From the NCBI GenBank assembly GCA_964019335.1, contig OZ025694.1, positions 476,324-540,323 of the forward strand: 64,000 bases of DNA. Reading direction: 5' to 3'. Both the position numbers and the translations under genes were made by a program. A model generated the notes under the pieces. That model was not told the DNA's origin, did no database searches, and was given only the letters and a program-made list of their open reading frames with translations. Below are positions 44,794 through 58,571 of this stretch, in pieces. Origin of the DNA: Diplonema japonicum (lineage: Eukaryota; Protista; Euglenozoa: Diplonemea). Each line of letters opens with the position of its first letter. Position 1 is the stretch's first letter.

Positions 44794-47380
44794 ATGCCGA
44801 GCATCAAGGTGCTGAACATAGCTCTGGTGCTGCTGTGTATCATGTTGACAGCCTTCATTTGCACCTTCCTCGCGATACGCAGCAGCGACGATGCGCTGGA
44901 TGACACGAAGAAGTCGCGTGATGATTCTGTGAAGTCGTGCTTTGCAGTTGGGGAAGACAGCGTGCAGAACAGGACCGAGGAATATCTCGACTTACTCATG
45001 TCCACTGTGTCAGGTCATACACAGCAGTTTATGGACAAGCTGACATCGCACGCCATCGGAGTAGAGAGAGAGCTCGAGGCAAGGACGTGGGACGAGGTGA
45101 AGCATTGGGACTTCCACAACCTCGCAAGGTACTACTGGGCCTATCAGGAGATGCGCAAGACAGGTGCCACAACAATCGGCTTGCATTTCCGTAACGAGAT
45201 GTATTTGCTCTACATCGAGAACTCCAGGACAGTGGACAGACCACCCGACGAGTACCACCACATTGACACCACAATAAACTACGGAGCAGACACCCCCAAC
45301 GGTGGTCTTGGGCAGTACTTCTATGCCAGTGTGAACAACCGAACAGGGTATCCTATTGTCCCTACCCCCTTTGTCATCGACACCGACCCCACGAACTGCA
45401 GCAGGACGGCACTGGAAAGCAATGGCGAAGTCCCCGATGAAGTCTGCGGCACAGGCAGCTTTGAAACCACGTACTACCGGTTCCTCTACGCAGATATAGG
45501 TGCCCAGTACCCTCACCCCCTCTGGTACCCTGCGTCAATTGTTGGCAGTTATCTCGTTATGATGTTTGTGGCGCCCATCGAGTTCTCATTTGTCCCTTCG
45601 GGCTACACCTTCATTGGAGCCGATCTGCGCCAGATCAGTCAGTTCATTCAAAAGATGTCGATTGGCGGCCCTGTCGGGGAATACGAGTCGAGGGGCCGTC
45701 TGTTCATTACAGTGAGGAGTCATTTGCTTGCCCCAGATGACGGCGGGATTCTTGTTGCCGCGTCCCACGGGAAGTATGTATTCTTTTAAAGCACAACGAC
45801 ACTCTGCACAGTTCGGTTAATGAAACAGACAAGAATTCAGTCAACGTAATCTACCCTGCGAACAGCACTGACAGCATTATCCAAAGCGTGGGGCTCATCA
45901 CTGAAGAACAGCAGACGGATTTTGATGGGCTCGTGGAGTCGAAGAACACTTCAACTCTTAACATCACAACTGACTACGCACCAGGTGGGGAGAAATTTTA
46001 CTACAGGTTTGCAAGAAGCTAAAAAGAAGAATTCAATAACTCAATAGAGTGGGAAGCTTAGTCGACCCCTTCCTTGTGGACTGGTACGTGCATGTCTTGC
46101 TGGACAGGGAGTACATTCTGGGTAGCATCGACGCTAAGACAGATGAGACAAAGGCAGCTATTGACGCAGCAGAGAAAAAAGTAGATGACAACTTGTACAG
46201 CGCACGCACTGTGTTGTACCTCCTGGTGGCCGTTGTCGCAGTGGCACTGACAGTGGTGTCTGTTATTTTCGTCCTGCGTATTATCAGCCCGCTCGTGGTG
46301 CTAGAACGGGAAATGGCGATGGTGGCTGTGATGAACTTAGAAGGAGTCAACACAGGAAGGCCTCTGAGCTCTTTGGAAGAAGTTCGCCTCATGCAAGCGA
46401 GCTTCCTGCAGATGATCGACAACCTTGTGGAGTACAGGAACTACATGCCCGCCTCCGTGCTGCAAAACGAGGATGAGACCGACTTCGACGAGGAAACCGT
46501 ACTGGAGAGCAACCACAGCAACAGCAGCAAAGGGACGTCGGGGATGAAGAAGTCATCCAACGGTTCGTCAGCGCACCTTGCGAAGAACATCCTTGCAGGG
46601 ACCGATGTGAAGCAGAAGAGGGTAACACTACTGTCGTGCAACGTGCTAGGGTTCCTAGTAGGACAGGGCCTGGGCGACGTGACGCACAACGTGAGCGACT
46701 ACCTGACGATGGCGTTGTCGATGGTCAAGATCACGAAGGGCATCCCCGACGGCTTCAGCGGGGACAGGCTGTACGTGTCGTGGAACGGTGTGCGCATGTG
46801 CTCATCGCATAAAACCGCAGCCTACAAATGCGCACGAGGCATCACCAAAGACAAGGCACAGGGCAGAAGGTACTCTATCGGGATCGTGTCTGGCGAGGTA
46901 AAGTGCGGGAACATGGGCTGCGAGGGGATGAAGAAGTACTCGTTCGTCGGTTCACTGTCGTCATGGGTGCACATCGTAGAGAGGGTGTGCCGAGTGAGGG
47001 GGGCACCTATTGCAGTGGACTCCTCCGTTCATGAGGAGGTAGCGACCTTGGCCTACATGCGCTCCTTGCAGCACGTGACTTATGAAAAGCACTCTACAAG
47101 GACGCTGATGGTCTACGAAGCAATGGATGAGAAGGAGATGAATGAAGAGGAATGGATGTACCAGCTAGAAGGGGGTGCACGGGTTGACCCCAACAAAGTG
47201 TTCAACACCAGCTTCGACATGTTCATGGCAGGAAATGTCGAGGAGGCGATCAAGGCGCTCGATACCGCGACCGACGATGGCAGCGAGGTCTTCAAACGGT
47301 ATAAGGAGCGGCTCTCCAAAGCGACTGCGCACCCCCAGTTGTGTGACCCTTACGGCACGCATGATGAGCTGGTAAGCTGA
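44794..47380 (+). CDS. Receptor-type class III nucleotide cyclase-like protein (introns 45774-45811, 46007-46047)
   Basis: Two GT-AG introns (38 and 41 nt) fuse both ORFs in frame: TM, ectodomain, TM, HAMP/S-helix (YRNYMP), then a cyclase-like domain (FSGDR, CGNMG). Confidence 0.85.
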
Positions 47381-47714
47381 GTGGACATGAGAGTGAGAAA
47401 CAAGAGGCAGCTTTTTTTAACATGGTTCTCAAGGACTGGTCTTTTCGTATAGCTGCATGAAGAAAAAAGAAATTAAAAAATAGAAAATAGTCAAATTTGC
47501 CCCCCTCAAAAAAATGAAACTTTTAATTTAAAGATTTTTTGTTTTAAAATTTTTCTTCCCCCCCCCCCCCCCCGAACTAACAAGTTCAACAACAACTATC
47601 TAGACTAAACAACAAAAAAGAAACAGCAAGTATTTTATTATTATTATATTTTTTTTTTAGGAAGAAAGAATAACGCTCGTGTCGAACAAATGGAGCGAAA
47701 ACTTTATTAATTTT

Positions 47715-47745
<31 letters not shown>

Positions 47746-48340
47746 GGCAAGCAAGATGTTTCGGATAAAGCCGCCGCAATCCGGAATGAAATCTATATAA
47801 GATAGTCTGGGGAGCGGCCTTTCGGGTCAGATTAGAGAATATCCCTCGACAGAAGGCACAAAAAAAAGAATGAAAACAAAAATGATAACTTCCTGACACG
47901 CTTCAATGCTTGCTGTTATGGCTTTCTCTAAATCCTGTTAGTAACTTTTTTTTTTTTTAAATCCCGTATTTTATATTCTTTTTATACTTTTCTTTATATT
48001 TTTCACCCATATTCACCTTCCTCGTCAGTGCCAAAAAAAAAAAAGATTTTTGTTTCCCTTCCCCCACTTTTTCTTTGCCGTAAGTGTCGCACATGTGAAA
48101 GGCTACTATAATTTGGGACCATGGCTTACCCAAGGAATAACCTTCACACTGTAGTGACAACCAACGAGGAAGAAGAAGGCTCTGCGGCAAGAAAGAAACA
48201 AACCTGTAAATTCTTTTTTTTTTTCATTTTTAAAGAAAAATGAACGAAAGACTCTCTTCACTTCTCTCTTCAAGATCATCCTTAAAATCAAAGAAAGGAA
48301 CGTTGCAGGGGCAACGCGTCCTGCGAACAGGAAGAAAAGG

Positions 48341-48374
<34 letters not shown>

Positions 48375-48542
48375 ATGATCCTTTTTTTTTTTGTTTTTTT
48401 TTTTTACATGATACATAACAGTGCGGTTTACTTTATCTCAGGTTTTGATTCTCTTTTTTTCGTCCCAGAGAAAGATTTCCCAGAAAGTATTATTTTGGCA
48501 GAATACCGTATTTAAACAATTGAGTTTGTATTTTTTTTTCTA

Positions 48543-48935
48543 TATGAGCTCGCCCAAAATGTCAACACTTTTTTTAGCAGTTCGTAAATTCCTTGTTTGA
48601 CTATTTGAGCAAAAAATGGGCAGCATGCAACCATAGGAAGATAACATATATGGTGTACCTGTTGCCGTTCTTTCAATTGCGATGCTTGTTTTGCCATGAG
48701 GGTGGCAGGCTTTGCAACCGACTGACCCCGAAGCGAAAAACAGAAGGTCAAAAAAACGGAAAATGTTTAAAATGCAATTTTAAAGCTTGAAATATTGTGA
48801 CTTATATGGTGAACACACTTAGACCGCAATTCTGCCCGCAAAGTGGTGTCGGACTACTTTTGTACTTATAAATTTTCCGAGGGTTTTCCGTTGCAAAAGA
48901 GGGTCATTTGTTGACATTTTTTTGGACAAGCTATA
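48543..48935 (+). mobile_element. MITE family A copy 2
   Basis: TATGAGCTCG..AAAATGTCAACA ... TGTTGACATTTT..GGACAAGCT; interior shared with copies 1 and 3. Confidence 0.72.
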
Positions 48936-50956
48936 TAGCCATTTTTTTAATTGTTATTAAAATTTTTTTTTTTGGATTTTCTTTTTGAACTTTCAATTTT
49001 TTATAATACAGGCAAACTGTTATAGCAATTACAGTTCACCATCGATTTCACGTCCCGCTCTCCAGTTTAAACACAAAAAAAAAAAGGGAAAAAAAAAAAA
49101 AGGAAAGGGCATTTGCTATCCCGCGATGGGTTCTCGGTACTGAGCGGTGTCGTCTCATTACCTTTTCTTTTTTTCCAGAGCTCTGTCAAATAATAAAGGA
49201 TAGCAGATTTTTATTACCAACAAATATATGAGCCATAGTCTGAGCTTGAGGCTTTTCGATTTTTTTTGCTACGAGGCCCTCGTGCAGAAAGACGGTAACG
49301 AGAGTTTATATTGTGGCCCCATTTGGCGGTTGGTAAGTATGTTTTATTACAGAAAAGAAAAGAATAAATACAACAAAAAAAGGTACTTTTATGATAAGTA
49401 TTTTTACTCTCCCTCCCTTTCGTCTTGACCTCCAGGTCATTTCCCTGCCCCCCTTTTTTATTCGTGATGCACTCGTTTTCTTTTTTGTCTTTTTATTTTC
49501 CCCCCCTTTTTTTTGGCTGACGCACTTCTTTTTTGTTTATTGTTTTGTGTTTCATTTACTTTGTTTCTGTTTTTTAAAAAAAAAAGAAAAACAAAAAAGA
49601 AAAAGGTACGTGTAATGTGAGAATTGTCGGACTGACAAATTCCCGGACCGCCCAAAAAGGCCCCCTGCAGTGGCCTTAAAGAGAAATCTCCCAGGCAGAA
49701 AATGGTCCAGACTGACACATTCCTGCCGATATTTGTCGGTTGGCATTTTTCATTTTTACGTGTCCCGTTTTTCTTTTTTCCTTTTTTTGGTGACGAACAG
49801 GCAACAAACTGCTATTTTCCCCCCCTTTTTTTTTCCCCGTGAGAAGGGATCAGGAGGGTCAAAAAAAAATAAAGAAAAAAAAAGGTGTCAAAAAAAGAAG
49901 AAGTAGAAAACGACCTTTCTTTTTTTTTTTTTATAATGTCGTGATGTTCTCACAGAATCCCGTGCTTTAGAAGCCCTCGTGTGTATTTTGTGTTTTTTTT
50001 TGTTTTTTGTTGCTTTTTTTAATTTCTTTTACTCTTATTGCACTCCGCATACAAAAAAAAGAAAAAGATGGTCTTTTCTTTTTTTTTTTACCGCCGGAAT
50101 TGCTGTTTCCCCCTCTTATTTTATCATTTTCTTTTTTCAGGCGTCCTGCCACATACCGCAGGTACCCTTAAATGTCTCTTTTTTTTTTTATTGCGCTCTT
50201 CTCAATTTTATTTCACTTCAGCAAAATCCAGCGCTAGAAGCGTGTAATGTGGACTCGGGGACCCTTTTTTTTGCGACCTCTATCCCCCAGTTTTTGATTT
50301 ACTAGGATACTGAATGAGGTAAAATTGAGGAGAGCAATATAACACCACCTTATTCACGCTCAATGAACTTTCTGTCACTCTCTTGGAAGGAAAAAAGGAA
50401 GTGACAGAAGGTTCCTTTTTCGTTGTGAATAAATAGCTATTGCTTGAAAGGCGTTAGTTGTAACATTGTTGCACACAATAACAATTAACTGACTCTTTTC
50501 TTCCCCTTTTTTCTTTTATAAAGATGAACTTTTAAAGCCTTATAGTATACACATTTCTTTTTTCCCATTTTCCCCTTGTTGCTGCAGGCATGTCCCCTCT
50601 CTTGATCCTTTTCCATTCCCACCTTCCTACCTTTTGATTCTATTTCTTAACCCGCTCTTTTCTACGCTTTGTTCTTACTGTAGCGCCTGTCAGAAGTTTC
50701 ATTGTTTTTTCTTTCTATTTTTTTTTATAATAGTTTTCCCACATCCTTAGGACAGGTGGTGTCACCTTCTGTAGGAACAGGGCATATTCCCTTTTCTTTG
50801 TTTTATAATTTCCACGGCGATCGTTCAACTCCAAGAAAGAAAGTTTGTCTTTCGCTTTGATCCGGACGGGTGATAGGTACTTGGCAGACCGTTATCTGAC
50901 TGAGACATAAAACTAACCTTCCTTTTTTTTAATTTTTCTTTGTGAAGATAATTAGC

Positions 50957-51227
50957 TACTGTAAAAACCCCCCTTTTTTTATCTTTGCGAACTGTTGAGG
51001 CCTGGGCAGCAAAGGGCAACGTCAAGAAGAAGACATCTTTGCACCTTTGCGTCAGAAAGGAAGACCAGAGGGCTATGGCTACGACAAGACCCTTGTTCTC
51101 GTCTACCAAACATGCAGCCGATGTTCTTAGTCCATGACGACATGTGAGGGCCCCAGTCCACGGTGTGCACCAACCAGCGCACCGCAAAAATTGATCAACT
51201 TTTTTTTACAGCCCGGTTTTTACAGTA
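50957..51227. mobile_element. MITE with TA TSD
   Basis: TACTGTAAAAACC / GGTTTTTACAGTA; the terminus resembles the MITE at 44482. Confidence 0.6.
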
Positions 51228-54200
51228 CTTTTTGCTTCAAGCTGCAAAAGAAGAAAAAGAGATGAAGAAAGAAAGAAAGAAAGAGGAGGAGAGGTGAGCG
51301 AAGGAGGCACTTAAGTTTCTTTTTTCGAGATTGTTTGTTTTCTTGCAGATAATGAATGGTCTTCGTCCCCCCTTTGTCTTTCTTTTCTAATTTGTTTCAT
51401 TTTGGATACTCATAAATTATTGCCCCCCCGCCCCCCCCCGTCCCGAAGGTTTCTGTTCACTTTTTAGTTTTTTTTTCTCCCTTTTCGCCCTTTCTCTGTC
51501 GGATCTTTTTTTTTTAAAAGGATATTCTAGAACGCCCCCCAAAAAGATGTTCTATCATAGACAATGTGATAACCCTGATATTAATGTCCATGAGCAAGAC
51601 GGGATTAATATCATCGAGACGAGAAAAAAAAAAGAAGAAGCAGCATTTTAAGCTGTTTTTATTTATTTATTTATTTATTTCACTCTTCCGAAATTACTTC
51701 ACGCACTAGGGGGCCCGTTACTTCACGCTAAATCTCATTACTTCACGGTGAAATAATGGCCTGTTTTCCGTGAAGTGGTTTCCGGTAAATAATACGCCTC
51801 AGCAGGCCAATTTTTGCCTCCGTTCAGTTCCCAGTGGGGCAACTTTTTCCTTTTTCCTCTCAGTTTGCCAATTTCGCCCCAGGTTCAGCTCAATTGGCCA
51901 ACTTTCTTTCTTTTGCCTCGGCTCAGTTCTAAGTTGGACTACTTTTTCCTTTGCCCACTTGGCTAGGCCTTGTCCCAGTTTCAAATATCAACTTTTCTGT
52001 TTAGTCAGCTTACCAAGCTCCCCAAAAGACATCAAAATACCGAAGCAGCAGCAGAAGGTGATAAACGAGTGCCGCGCCGGGTATGAGAAGGCCTGATTAG
52101 AGGGTGACAGTGGCAGTGCCAGCGACAGCGGCAGCTCTTAGTCAACAAAAGGAGGAAAAACAACTTGTATTGTAACCTTTGTAACCCCCCTCTTGTTGTA
52201 CCACCCCTTTGTGTCTCTCGTGATGAAGTAATTTCAGAGTGTCGTGAAATAAGACCACTTACCAAGTAACGCTTAACCGTCCTCTCGGTTCCGCATTTTA
52301 CCATCGAGTGCCCGCAGACCCGCAAACCCGAATGCAGAACCTCGAGGCAACGGTAAAGTCTACTTGTTGGCAGTAAATAGCTCCCCCCGCTGTAAAAGCC
52401 TCTTACTACCCGTAATTTTAATTCTTGTTCATTATCTCGGGACAACGTTATTCGTTTTGTACTATTTGTAAGAGTGACAAACTTACGGAGATCTTTTGAC
52501 CTTAGTACGAAGAAGTGTGACGGCAGCGCACTGCAGCATACTGTAGGGTTGTAGAACCTATCGCAAAGATCTATTATCCGGGCCACTTCTTCCAGAAATT
52601 AAGAGGTAGAACAGTATTCGCTTCCCCCCCCCCTTTTTTTTTCTCCTTCTCCCAAGCAACGCAACAAATTTGATTTCCCCTTTGTCTTTCCCAGCTCCCC
52701 CATATTATTAAAAGAAAGGGGGGTATTTTTTTTGCTGTATAGTGAAAAAAGAGGAAAAAGAAAAAAAAGAAAACATAGTGACGGGCTGTCCGGCACCTTT
52801 TCATTATTTATTTATTTACATCAGCACTTCTCTCTCCACTAGTAGTTCTATACGGAAGCACTTGTTGTTGTTTGTTGCTGGCTTTGTTCAGCATAGTTTT
52901 TAAACATAGGGAACAGAAAGGAAAAGGAATGAAAGTAAAAAACTATAGTTGTGCAGCACGTTTGTCTTTTGAGGGATCTGCGTTCCCTTTGCTCGGAAAG
53001 TAGCCTTTCAAAGGGGCACATGGCGATGAGAGCAGCCTAACTTTTTTTTCATTTCTTTTTAAATAACAGATTAGTTGAATTTCTAGTGATCGGTGAGCCC
53101 ACCCGCACACCGAGACTAAGAAAAATCAGCTTTTTTCTTTTTTTTTGTTTTAACAATATTATTGTCGAGACTTTAGCTGTTTTATTAGGTAGAACAAAGA
53201 AATATGAACTTGCTGCCTATTCGCGCATTTTGATATTTCTTTTTTCTGGACAACCTTCTTTCTTCCGCTTTCCCTTTCAGTGACATATTTTTCTTTTTAT
53301 TCACACTAAGAATCTAATTAAGCATTTAACTATTCTATGCCCCGTCCTAAAAAAAAAAAGGAAGAATAAATTAACTTTAACCCTTAAAAGACGGGAGAAG
53401 GAAGAGAATCGCTTTTTTGCGGACCCTGAGGTTTTCCTGGCACAAGGCACGCAGAACGGAGAAGTTTGCATGAGCGCTGTGTTTGCATACAAGGCCATCC
53501 GACTTTTACTTGTTCGTGTAAGTAAAATGAATGCAAAACACTTTGCTAAATTGGCTGCTTTCAAACACAGTGGGTACAGATTGAAACAAGGTCCTTGTAT
53601 CCAATTCTTTTGAGCAGATAAAGTCTAAAGCTGCTCCCGTCTTTTAAAGGTAAAATAATTAAAAAAGAAAGATGCAAACAAAACATTAGTTGAGTAGTGT
53701 TTCTTACATCCTATTTTTTTACGTTTTTATTTCTTTATTGTGGAGTTTTTTCTCCTGCAATCCTTTTTTTTAAAAAGTCTCTTGCCAACCTACAGCATTT
53801 GTTGTCCATACAATTATGAAGTGCCCCCCCCCCCCGCCGGTGTTCCCCTCTTTTTTCTCCTCGTTTTTCGGCCTTGCAAGGTGGGGAGCTGGGGTGGCAT
53901 TTTTTCTTTGTAAGTTTCGTTTCTCTGTGTTCTTTTTTTTTTTGGTTTACAATGGTCAAAAACGTAATTCTGTCTTTCCTTGATGTTCGAAAGAAAAGAC
54001 CGCTTTGTTAAGGTACCAAGAAGCTACTTCGCGGGACTTTTCTTTCGTGTATTAACCTTGCAGAATTACTTCTTTCTTTCTATCTTTCTTTATTTCTTTT
54101 TTTTTTTTGCCCGCCTCGGGCAGTGAACTCTTTTTATCTTCAAGAGGAAAACCCCAGAAGTTTTTTTCTTACACTTTTTTAATTGATTCTGTTTAAGTAT

Positions 54201-54524
54201 TTTACCCCCACCCTGGGGGTAGAAATCTCAAGAAGGTTTGCAAAAGGCTTTATCTGAGGAATTTCTCTGTGTAGTGATTTATACTACTGCAAGAGTTGCC
54301 CTTAACCACCCAAGCACTAATGGCGTAGAACGACAGTGGGGAGAGGGCTCGGAAGTTGTTGTTTTTTTTTTCCCCCTTTCTTTTAAAAGGTGGTGGGGAT
54401 AACATGAAAATATAAGAAAAACATCAGATGTGTTGTTCGCTGTTGACCTCCTCGTCGGTCATCACCGGTAGCGCTCGAGTGGAAGAACATAGTGCAGATG
54501 CTCAGGGTGACGAACAGGCAGCAA

Positions 54525-54715
54525 GCTGCACGAGCGCAGAATCTTGGTTACCCGGGACGCACCGGCTGGGGTTGAGCTGTACACCGCACGCATTAAGGAT
54601 ACGACGCGGAACGCAGAAGAAGCTACAACTCGGCCGCGGCGCGCCCCCTGTAATCAAGTAGACAGTTCTTGTGCAGGGCGCCGCCAACACCGGCCTCCTT
54701 TAACTCATATATTTT
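54525..54715 (+). repeat. Dispersed repeat family B copy
   Basis: Near-identical to 32797-32975. Confidence 0.75.
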
Positions 54716-55661
54716 TATTTCTTTTTTCTCTTTTATCATTGTTTCTTATAATGACCTCTTTTTGTGCAAACGCAACCTAGGAACTTAGACTTTTTTTAAA
54801 GAAAAAGAATAAGTTCCCCCCCACCCCCCCTTTCTCCTCTAACGACCCCTAAGTGTGACTATTTTCTAAATAAAATTCTTCTTATTTTCTTTTTTCAGCA
54901 AGCGGGTTGGTAGATATCGTAAAATAAAGATAAGTAAAGTTGAGTTCGTTGTAAACGATTGTTCTCTTTTATTTTTCTTTGGGAAAAGGTGTGCGGCCTC
55001 GCTCTTTGGGTCTTTTAAACACCATGTTGATTTCCCCCAAAAAAGCAACAATCATTCAAAGAGTAGTAACTTAGGCTGGTAGAAGGAATTCACTTATTTG
55101 CACCGAATTAGTTTAGTTCTTTTGGCTCCGTGGCGCATATGCAGGTTCTTTCTATCCTTCATCAATATTTCTTTTTTCTTTACTTATGGGCACGTGGCTG
55201 CTCCACTTTTTTCCCCCAACAAGCAACTAGCCCAGAGTTCGTGCAGTGCATGAAGTTATTAATAAAATAAAACGAAAATAAATTATTGTAATCAAGAAAT
55301 TAATATTCGGGAGACTATATGTGAAGGTCAACGATCAAAATACTTGCCTTTGCTTTTTTTTTTTGTTTTAACAATATTATTGTCGAGACAAATATCTAGT
55401 TGCTGGCAGCGCAGTGAGCTATTTTAAGATTCCGCTCCGTGCACGCAAACAAATGAAGCGCCAAACTAGTTTTTTTTTGTTCCGTTTGCGATTCCACATA
55501 TTTCTTTTTGGATATTTCTTGGTTATAGCACTGTGAGACGAGAAAAAAAAGACTTTGGAAGCTTTTCTCTCTTTTTTTAATTAAATTGTCGAAGAAGAGA
55601 TATTTCGTATTCACAGAAATAAAGAAAAGAGTGCACTTCAGGAAATAGAAGAGAAATGTTA

Positions 55662-56488
55662 TATGAGCTCGGACATGGATTCGGACGAAAATGTCAACAC
55701 TTTTTTGGGCACCTCCGAAAATTTCTTGTTTTGATTATTTAAGCAAAAAAAGGGCAGCATGCAACCATAGGAAGATGACATATATGGTGTACATGATGCC
55801 GTTCTTTCAATTGCGATGCTTGTTTTGCCATGAGGGTGGCAGGCTTTGCAACCGGCTGCCCCCGGGAAGCGAAAAATAGAGGTCAGAAAAACGGCGAAAA
55901 ATGTTTAAAATGCAATTTTATTGCTTGAAATGCAGCATCTAGGGTGCATAAAATTGGTGATCAAGCGCACTTGTGACCCCTGGGTACAACCCAGGGACGG
56001 TTACTGCTATTTGGCATGTTGGATTTCCCCCTATAAGAAAAAAAAAAAAAATCTTGGCACAAAATGGTAGGCTGAAAATCCCGCGAAAATATATGGCGCC
56101 GCATAGCCCCCGAAAATCCGGTTTTACACCCTATTTTTTGGCTTTTTCAAGGGGTTCCTAAGGGATTTTGGCCTTTTTCAGAAAAACCAATTCTTAACAC
56201 TTGCTCCATTCCTCCTGTCACTTTTCACGGAAAAACGAAAATAAAAAATGGAGTCTGGGTTATTTGTAACTTCCAAATTGAATCGTTTGCCAAAAACCAT
56301 TCTAAAAAACATGTTTTTGCACGTGCGTTTTAAAAATAAAACAAACGGCGAGCATTTTGACCTAAATGGTGATGTCAAGCTTAGACTGCATTTCTGCAAA
56401 AGTGGTGTTTTTTACTTAGAAATTTAACGGGGGTTTTCCGCCGCATAGGAGGGTCATTTGTTGACATTTTTTTCCGGACGAGCTCATA
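55662..56488 (+). mobile_element. MITE family A copy 3 (longest)
   Basis: TA|TGAGCTCG...AAAATGTCAACA and TGTTGACATTTTTTTCCGGACGAGCTCA|TA. Confidence 0.78.
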
Positions 56489-57961
56489 TCTTTTATTAAC
56501 ACAACCCATATTGGTAGTAGGTATATTTAAATTATTTTTGCAGGTCCCCATTTCTTTTTTATTCCGCTGTAACTGATCATATTCTATACGTTATAGTTGT
56601 TGGTTATGCAAAAAAAAAAGATAGAATATAATTTCAGCCCCCCATCCTTTTTTCTCCCTCTCTTGTCGTTTCCCCTTTTTGATTCTTCTTTCCAATTCCC
56701 CATCCCCCGCCAAAAGACAAAAGAAAACTCGAAGAAGATACTTTTCCTCCCTTCTTTGTGACGAAAAGAAAAGAGGATGAGAATATTCACGTGAATGGAA
56801 GGCTAAGAGAACAAGCAGCGTCTGGAATATTAAAAAAGATATTTTGGGTTCACATGTTGCTGAGGCAAAGATCCCAATCGAAGCTCTTTATTCCTAGTCA
56901 AGCCATTTTTCTTTAGCATTACTTTTCCACAACTTCCTTCTTCATAGTTTTTATCAACACATTTTCTTTCTATTCTTTTCAATGCAAGACCTCCAGGCTG
57001 CAGATGTCAGACCCCAACGAAGATGTGACAGGAATGGTGGACTCTCTGCAGAAGCACATTAGATGGGAGTTTCGTGAGGCACTGAGGACAACAACACATC
57101 GAAAGGACGGCAATAGCTCAAGAACGTCATGCAGTTGGGCTGAGTCTATCAAATTCGAAGGTACAGAAAAGCGAAAGAAGAATGAGGTACAAGCAAACCC
57201 GGGTTTGCCAGCTGAAATGCACTGCTGAGGGTGTGTAAAAAAATGGACCTTGTAGGAAACGGAACCGAGCACAAAGGGGAGGGAAAGGCGGCAGCAAATC
57301 GGAGAAACCAGAAAGGAACGGAAAGAAGACGCTGCGAGAAGAGGTGGGAATGATTGTACTTACAGGAATTGAAATGGCACTTAAAGGTAAGTTCTCCCCA
57401 CCCCATTTTAATAGTGATTTAGAGTCCGTCCCACCCAAAATGGTTTCACAGATTTCAATCTGCGTCCATTCCTCCTGTCGCTTTTCACGTAGAAACGAAA
57501 ATAAAAATGGAGTCTGGGTTATTTGTAACTTCCAAATTGAATCGTCCACCTTTTATAACATAAATATCCAAACAGAACCCGACTATGGCCGAAAAGGCTG
57601 GAAATGCAGTAGGGGGTCTCCTTGGCAAGGGGCTCAATGCCGTGAGAAAGTAGACTGGAACAGAAAGAGTAAAGTAAAAAAAAGGAAAAGAGACCGAAGA
57701 AAAAGCCATGTGAAATAGAACAAAAAAAAGAAATAGCCGTGCCGTCGTGCCGTGTATCACTCACAATATTCTTGTAAAAAACATTAATCTGCCGTGTTAG
57801 CTTCTGTGGCCAAGTGGTCGTGGCTCCTATAAATGGGTAGAACGTTTTCTTGCTTTGTGTTGTTTATTTTACAAAAAGTTCTACTTGTTTCTTTGTTGAT
57901 AACTGCCACCAATTTACTTATGGTTACAAAAACACCAAAAGGAAAAGTTCACTAAAGCACA

Positions 57962-58210
57962 ATGCCCTCGTCTGTGTTACTGGGAAGGTTTGTTGCAGAC
58001 AAGTAGCTTCAATTCAACGGACTGGAGCGGGAAAAAGGGTCTCCTGGAAGAGAAAGTGAAAGTTGTGCTCGAGCAGCTTTTACGTGGCGAGTACAAAAGT
58101 GCAGGTCTTGATCTGAAGAGATGTGGTGCCCAGCGTGGGGACTACCCTCTGTACACGGTGAAGCTGAGCAGGGATGATTGCCTCCTGTTCACGACAGTGC
58201 AAGAAAAGAA
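57962..58210 (+). pseudogene. RelE-like domain fragment
   Basis: LCYWEG...VVLEQLLRGEY...GLDLKR...LYTVKLSRDDCLLFT. The ATG at 57962 is one base out of frame. Confidence 0.35.
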
Positions 58211-58532
58211 GAGACCCACTCCTTCCTCTCGGGTTTCATTTTTCATCGGTGGACTTGTTGTGTCACAACTTTTTATTTTTAAGACTTTTTTGAAATTTTT
58301 ATTTTTGAATTTTTATCATTTGGAGTTGCCTCTTCTTCTTCCCCTCTCCCTCCCATAAAGAAAAAGAGAAACCCATGCCTTCCTCCCAGGTTGGAACTTG
58401 ATTGTCTGTTTTGGAATATTTTTATTTTCTCTTAAGATTTATCGTGCCTTGTGTGTCTTTTGAAGAAAAAAAAAAAAAAAAAAACATTCTCAAGTCCCCC
58501 TTTTTATTTATTTTCTCAAGTCCCCCTAAAAA

Positions 58533-58571
58533 AACCAACGATTCTAAAGCTACAGTTTCTGTACTTTATTG
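58533..58571 (+). ncRNA. Spliced-leader (mini-exon) 39-mer, diplonemid type
   Basis: AACCAACGATTCTAAAGCTACAGTTTCTGTACTTTATTG is exactly 39 nt with the euglenozoan core CAGTTTCTGTACT-TATTG and the diplonemid AACCAACG start. Confidence 0.93.

Noticed and set aside
49608-50445. Two degenerate inverted-repeat pairs (~49608-49760, ~50333-50445)
   Set aside because: Probably old MITEs; too decayed to define ends or TSDs.
47400-57900. Many short F/K-rich ORFs
   Set aside because: Products of poly-T and poly-A tracts in non-coding DNA.
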